Part shown: in pieces, positions 63,797-64,000 of the stretch
Position numbering within the stretch: the first letter of the stretch is position 1
Layout: the number at the start of each line of letters is the position of its first letter
Origin: Octopus sinensis
Lineage: Eukaryota
NCBI RefSeq assembly: GCF_006345805.1
Contig: NC_043000.1
Span: 119,784,001-119,848,000, forward strand
Direction of reading: 5' to 3'
DNA: 64,000 nt
Program-made: the position numbers and the translations under genes
Notes under the pieces: generated by a model
What the model saw: the letters and a program-made list of their open reading frames with translations, nothing else
Databases searched by the model: none
What the model was told of the DNA's origin: nothing

Positions 63797-64000
63797 ATGA
63801 TCATCATCATCGTTTAACACTTTCCATGCTAGCATGGGTTGGCCAGTTTGACTGAGGGCTGGTGAACCAGATGGCTGCATCAGGCTCCAGTCTTGATCTG
63901 GCAGAGTTTCTACAGCTGGATGCCCTTCCTAACACCAACCACTCCGAGAGTGTAGTGGGTGCTCTTTACGTGACACCGGCATGGGGCCAGCCAGGCGGTA
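63797..64000 (-). mobile_element. RTE tail element running off the window end
   Basis: catcatcatcgtttaac...gagagtgtagtgggtgc. Confidence 0.85.

Overview
AT-rich, repeat-saturated animal genomic DNA. The SINE, RTE and MITE families look like those of octopod cephalopods (Octopus-like; inferred from recognising the repeats, not from a search). The only host gene I can support is PNPT1 (mitochondrial polynucleotide phosphorylase), with two small + strand coding exons at 40938-41040 and 61341-61399 separated by a 20.3-kb intron. I found no earlier exon in 1-40937, so the window is probably almost all PNPT1 intron. The rest is mobile-element debris and microsatellites: several tRNA-derived SINE families (labelled A-E here by sequence similarity), RTE, CR1/L2 and R4/Dong-type LINE fragments, a full-length dead mariner, and hAT-, piggyBac- and Helitron-type non-autonomous elements, often nested. 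Nearly all ORFs in the supplied track are microsatellite or TE artefacts. There is no rRNA, CRISPR array or intact tRNA gene. The most interesting signal is three unrelated short repeat families that each carry a minimal type-I hammerhead-ribozyme motif with an ACGT-palindromic stem III. One of them has a tRNA-like Pol III head, and two occur as Penelope-style inverted pairs. Many SINE/LINE boundaries are approximate (about +/-10-20 bp) unless a TSD is quoted.
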